Source of the DNA: Tagaea sp.
Lineage (GTDB): Bacteria; Pseudomonadota; Alphaproteobacteria; CACIAM-22H2
Direction of reading: 5' to 3'
Length of the DNA: 64,000 nt
Assembly: GCA_041917215.1 (NCBI GenBank)
Contig: JAYRYC010000001.1
Span: forward strand, 905,605-969,604
Below the pieces are notes generated by a model. It was not told the DNA's origin. It made no database searches and worked only from the letters and a program-made list of their open reading frames with translations. Below, piece after piece: positions 60,119 through 64,000 of the stretch. Position numbers and translations under genes: made by a program. The stretch's first letter is position 1; each line of letters begins with the position of its first letter.

Positions 60119-61354
60119 GTGACTCAGACGACAAAATTCGGCCGCCGCGCCGTTCTCGCCGGCTCGGCCGCCGGCGCCGCCATCCTCGCCGCCCCCGGCA
60201 TCGTGCGCGCGCAAGCGCCCGTCATCCGCATCGGCATGCTGCTGCCGCGCTCGGGCTTCTTCGCCCAGGCCGGGCAGAGTTGCCATCGTGGTGCTTTGGC
60301 CGCCCCGCGCGTGCTGTCCGATCTCGGTTACCGGGTCGAGCTCGTGCATATCGACACCGAGTCGAACGCCGATATCGCCCGCACCCAGGCCGAACGCGCG
60401 ATCAATGACGGCGTGCATTGCCTCGTCGGCGCGTTCGATTCCGGCCACACGCTCGCCATCGCCCAGGTCGCCGAACAGCGCCAAGTGCCGCTGGTGATCA
60501 ACATCGCCGCCGCCCCGCCGATCACCGAGCAGGGCTACAAATTCCTGGTGCGCAACTTCCAGACGGGCCCGCAGCTCGTGACCAACGGTCTGCGCCTGAT
60601 CGGCGAGACGATCACGGCGACGAAGATTGCGCCCAAGACCGCCGTGTTCCTGCACGCCAACGACACGTTCGGCCAAGCCCAGCGTAGCGCGATGGACGCG
60701 CTGTTCCCGCGCGCCAATCTGCCGTTCACGCTGGCCGAAAGCATCGCCTACGACCCGCGCTCGCAGGATCTGTCGGTGGAAGTCACGCGTCTGCGCGCGT
60801 TGCGCCCCGATCTCGTGCTCGTCGTCACGCGCGCCTCGGATGCGGTGAAGCTGGTGCGCGACATGGTGCGCCAGCGTTTCGAGCCGATGGGCATCGTCTC
60901 GCCGGGCTCGCCCGGCATGTATGACGAGGAATTCTACCAAGCGCTCGGGCCGCTGGCCGATTTCCACATCTCCAATCTGCCCTGGGTCAATCCGCGCTCG
61001 GCGATGACCAAGGCGCTGGAAACGGCGTTCACGGCCGTGAACCCCAACAACCGCTTCGCGGCCGACGCGTTCAACGCCGGCTTCACCTTCGAAGCGATCC
61101 TGATCGCGGCCGACGCGTTCAAGCGCGCGGGTACGACCAACGGCCCGCAGCTGATGGCAGCGATCAAGGCAACCGACATCGCCGAACACGTGATGATCGG
61201 CGGCCCGATCAAGTTCGACGAAAAGGGCCAGAACCCGAATATCGGCTCGGCGGCGGTGCAGAACCGCAACCGCACGCCGACCGTGGTGCTGCCGGCCGAT
61301 TCCTCGGCCGCGACCCCCGTTCTGCCGATGCCGGGCTGGCAGGGTCGTACGTAA
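60119..61354 (+). CDS. ABC transporter substrate-binding protein (branched-chain amino acid / Leu-Ile-Val binding family)
   Basis: GTG start 10 nt after GGAGG. Signal peptide (RRAVLAGSAAGAAILAAPGIVRA) then a PBP type I fold (IRIGMLLPRSG). Confidence 0.75.
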   Translation: MTQTTKFGRRAVLAGSAAGAAILAAPGIVRAQAPVIRIGMLLPRSGFFAQAGQSCHRGALAAPRVLSDLGYRVELVHIDTESNADIARTQAERAINDGVHCLVGAFDSGHTLAIAQVAEQRQVPLVINIAAAPPITEQGYKFLVRNFQTGPQLVTNGLRLIGETITATKIAPKTAVFLHANDTFGQAQRSAMDALFPRANLPFTLAESIAYDPRSQDLSVEVTRLRALRPDLVLVVTRASDAVKLVRDMVRQRFEPMGIVSPGSPGMYDEEFYQALGPLADFHISNLPWVNPRSAMTKALETAFTAVNPNNRFAADAFNAGFTFEAILIAADAFKRAGTTNGPQLMAAIKATDIAEHVMIGGPIKFDEKGQNPNIGSAAVQNRNRTPTVVLPADSSAATPVLPMPGWQGRT

Positions 61355-61427
61355 GCGCCCTTTCCAAGCCGCAGCGGTTTGGGTAAGGAACAATCCCCTT
61401 CGCCGATCCCGGCGGAGGGGATTTTCT

Positions 61428-62318
61428 TTGGCCCTGACGACGCGCCCGATGCCTTTCGATTTCTATGTCAACGTCGCCCTGCAGGGCGTTTTGACCGGCC
61501 TGGTCTACGGGCTGATGGCGCTCGGCCTGTCGGTGATTTTCGGCGTCATCCGGCTTGTCAATTTCGCGCACGGCGAATTCGCGGTCGTGGCGATGTATCT
61601 CGCCTTCGTGTTCTTCGCCTGGGCGGGCGTGGACCCCATGCTCTCGATGCTGCCTATCGCGGCGGGATTCTTCGGCCTCGGTTATCTCCTCCAACGCCAT
61701 ACGATCGACCCGTTCGTCGGCCGGCCGGAACACGAGCAATTCATCCTGCTGGTCGGCCTCGCCATCGTCATGGTCAACGGCTTGCTGATGATCTTCGGCC
61801 CCGATCTGCGCCACGCGAATCTGTCCTACGCCTTCGATTCCTACGAGATCGGCACGCTGCTGATCGACAAGGTGCGCGTCTACGCGGCCGCCGCGTCGCT
61901 CGTCGTGTCGGCGCTGCTGTTCGCGTTTTTCCGTTTCGCGCGCACCGGCATGGCGATCCGCGCTTGCGCCGATAACCTCACCGGCGCGGCCGTCGTCGGG
62001 CTCGACGTCAAGCATCTCTACGCGCTGACCTTCGGCATCGGCATGGCTTGCGTGGGGGCTGCCGGTGCCTTGATGGTCGTGCTGGCCGATGCCACGCCGA
62101 TGTTGGCGCCCGCTTTTACGCTGCTCGCCTTCACCATCGTCATCGTCGGCGGCATGGGCTCGATGGCGGGGGCCTTGGTTGCGGGCATCGTCATCGGCGT
62201 GTCGGAGGCGTTCGCGAGCTTCCTGCTCGCCCCCTCGATGAAAAGCATGTTCTCATTCGGCTTGCTCATCGCCGTTTTGCTGTTCCGCCCGCAAGGCTTG
62301 CTGGGGAAGCGCAAATGA
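61428..62318 (+). CDS. ABC transporter permease (LivH-like)
   Basis: LVNFAHGEFAVVAMY signature. 296 aa. Confidence 0.85.
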   Translation: MALTTRPMPFDFYVNVALQGVLTGLVYGLMALGLSVIFGVIRLVNFAHGEFAVVAMYLAFVFFAWAGVDPMLSMLPIAAGFFGLGYLLQRHTIDPFVGRPEHEQFILLVGLAIVMVNGLLMIFGPDLRHANLSYAFDSYEIGTLLIDKVRVYAAAASLVVSALLFAFFRFARTGMAIRACADNLTGAAVVGLDVKHLYALTFGIGMACVGAAGALMVVLADATPMLAPAFTLLAFTIVIVGGMGSMAGALVAGIVIGVSEAFASFLLAPSMKSMFSFGLLIAVLLFRPQGLLGKRK

Positions 62319-63313
62319 CGGCGTTGGTGCGCATCTGGACCGCGACGAACCCGCGCGCGCGCGCGGCCTTGGCGCTGTTCTTCGGCGCGTTGCTGGTGGC
62401 GCCCCTGTTCGCCGACCGCTATTTGCTGTCGGTGCTGATCCTGATTTTCTATTTCGCGTTCGTCGGCCAAGCCTGGAACGTGATGATGGGCTTCGCGGGC
62501 CAGCTCTCGCTGGGCCATGCGCTCTATGTCGGCGTCGGCGCCTATGTCTCGGCGGCGCTCTGGGTGAAGTTCGGCATCGGCCCTTGGGCGGGGCTGTTCG
62601 CCGCCATCGCGGTTTGCGTGGCGCTAGGCCTCATCATCGGCGCGCTTGGATTCCGCTTCGGCATCGAAGGCGTTTATTTCGCGATGCTGACCATCGCCAT
62701 CGCCGAATTCGTGCGCATCGCCTTCGACCATATGGAATGGACCGGCAAGGCCGGCGGCTTCTTCCTGCCGGTGCAAGCCGACGCGGCGGGCGAATGGTGG
62801 AATCTGCGTGGCGGGCCGCTGCTGTTCTACTATGTCGGCCTCGGCTTGATGGCGGGCGCGTTCGTGATCTGCGCCATGCTGCGCCGCTCGCGCATCGGCC
62901 ATCAATGGCTGGCGATCCGCGAGGACGAGCAAGCCGCCCGCGCACTCGGCATCGACGTATTCCGCGCCAAGCTGATCGCGGTCGCGATCTCCTCGGCGAT
63001 GACCGGCATCGGCGGCGTGTTCTATGCCTTCTATTACAACAACCTGTTTCCGGCGCAGGTCTTCGACATTTCGCGCTCGATCGAACTAATCCTCGGCCCC
63101 ATCGTCGGCGGGCTCGGCACGTTGTTCGGGCCGATCCTCGGCGCCTTCATCCTCACACCGCTGGGCGAAGCCTTGATCGGCGCTACGGAACGCATGGGCG
63201 TGAACGTGCCCGGCGCCAAGGCCGTGTTCTACGGCGTGGCGTTGATGGCGATCATCTACGCCGCCCCATCGGGCGTGTGGCCATGGCTCAAGAAAAAGCT
63301 GGGGCTCGCATGA
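62315..63313 (+). CDS. ABC transporter permease (LivM-like)
   Basis: Start at MTALVRIW (ATGA overlap). Multi-TM, with [14 protein letters not shown]. Confidence 0.8.
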   Translation: MTALVRIWTATNPRARAALALFFGALLVAPLFADRYLLSVLILIFYFAFVGQAWNVMMGFAGQLSLGHALYVGVGAYVSAALWVKFGIGPWAGLFAAIAVCVALGLIIGALGFRFGIEGVYFAMLTIAIAEFVRIAFDHMEWTGKAGGFFLPVQADAAGEWWNLRGGPLLFYYVGLGLMAGAFVICAMLRRSRIGHQWLAIREDEQAARALGIDVFRAKLIAVAISSAMTGIGGVFYAFYYNNLFPAQVFDISRSIELILGPIVGGLGTLFGPILGAFILTPLGEALIGATERMGVNVPGAKAVFYGVALMAIIYAAPSGVWPWLKKKLGLA

Positions 63314-64000
63314 CCCAGCCCATCCTCAGCGTAAAGGGCGTCACCCAGCGCTTCCGCGGCCTCGTCGCCGTCGACGACGTGTCGTTCGATGTCGCCAAGG
63401 GCCAGATATTCGCCGTGATCGGGCCCAACGGGGCGGGCAAGACGACGTTGTTCAATCTGATCGCCGGCGTCTATACGCCCGGTGCGGGCACGATCGAATT
63501 CGAGGGCGCGCGCATCGACGGGCTGAAGCCCGAAAAGATCTGCGCACGCGGCATCGCGCGAACCTTCCAGATCGTGCGGCCATTCCCCGGATTGACGACG
63601 CTGGAAAACGCGACGATCGGCGCCTTGCTGCGCGATTCCGATCCGGACGCCGCCACCGAACACGCGGGCGAAATCTTGCGGCGCTTGGATCTGTGGGACA
63701 AGCGCGATGCGCGCGCGGGGGCGTTGACGCTGCCCGACCGCAAGCGTCTGGAAGTCGCGCGCGCTTTGGCGACGAAGCCCAAATTGCTGCTGCTCGACGA
63801 AGTGATGGCGGGTCTGCGGCCCACCGAAACCGACCGTCTGGTCGCGATCTTCCGTGACCTCGCGCGCGAAACCGGCGTCACGATCCTGCTGATCGAACAT
63901 GTCATGCGCGCGGTGATGGCGCTGGCCGAACGCATCCTCGTGCTGCATCACGGCGCCAAGCTGGTCGAAGGCGCCCCCGCCGAGATCGTGCGCGACCAGC
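63310..64000 (+). CDS. ABC transporter ATP-binding protein (LivG-like), 3' end truncated by window edge
   Basis: [17 protein letters not shown], Walker [10 protein letters not shown]. Runs off the end of the window. Confidence 0.85.
   Translation, partial: MTQPILSVKGVTQRFRGLVAVDDVSFDVAKGQIFAVIGPNGAGKTTLFNLIAGVYTPGAGTIEFEGARIDGLKPEKICARGIARTFQIVRPFPGLTTLENATIGALLRDSDPDAATEHAGEILRRLDLWDKRDARAGALTLPDRKRLEVARALATKPKLLLLDEVMAGLRPTETDRLVAIFRDLARETGVTILLIEHVMRAVMALAERILVLHHGAKLVEGAPAEIVRDQ

Noticed and set aside
60041-61393. 450-aa minus-strand ORF
   Set aside because: It is antisense to a clear periplasmic substrate-binding protein gene.

Overview
This is a high-GC (~68%) chromosomal window that looks alphaproteobacterial. 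The evidence is a class-I LysRS, a groESL operon with a CIRCE element, a Usg gene, a comF-grxC pair and two BCAA-type ABC transporter loci; this is inferred from gene content, not from a database match. Most of the window is housekeeping: a partial fpr, a livK-livHM(fused)-livG-livF operon, a MarR/EamA divergent pair, a CN-hydrolase, usg, groES/groEL, an AEC transporter, a DinG-family helicase, lysK, pyrD, an EAL phosphodiesterase, a HAD hydrolase, methylmalonyl-CoA mutase, secA, a parvulin PPIase, argJ, mutT, comF, grxC, a GNAT acetyltransferase, a BON lipoprotein, an acyl-CoA ligase, pepF, a UbiB-type kinase, and a second liv-type ABC locus. The main finding is a ~16-kb phage-derived island (about 15.5-31.9 kb) inserted between lysK and a DUF952/pyrD pair. 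Its gene order matches the late (class III) module of a T7-like podovirus: portal (GESYGRS motif shared with T7 gp8), scaffold, a gp10-like capsid, tail tubular A and B, an internal or fiber protein, a glycine-rich 799-aa fiber-like protein, the large terminase and a lysis cassette. A divergent CI/LexA-type (S24) repressor with a palindromic operator sits at one end, and a low-GC (~50%) chimeric tail at the other. The island has no integrase, no DNA or RNA polymerase, no recognisable small terminase, and no gp15/gp16-like ejection proteins. The reading frames are intact, and three gene junctions keep ATGA or TGATG start/stop overlaps. This fits a domesticated podovirus-derived particle (a gene-transfer-agent- or tailocin-like element) better than an ordinary decaying prophage. 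Other notable items are a vsr / C5-MTase / GIY-YIG (Eco29kI-like) type II R-M cassette, a 1779-aa repeat-built coiled-coil membrane protein co-operonic with methylmalonyl-CoA mutase, a two-copy REP-like palindromic repeat family at convergent gene ends, and a 22-bp terminal-inverted-repeat, MITE-like element at the island border. No tRNA, rRNA or CRISPR array was recognised.
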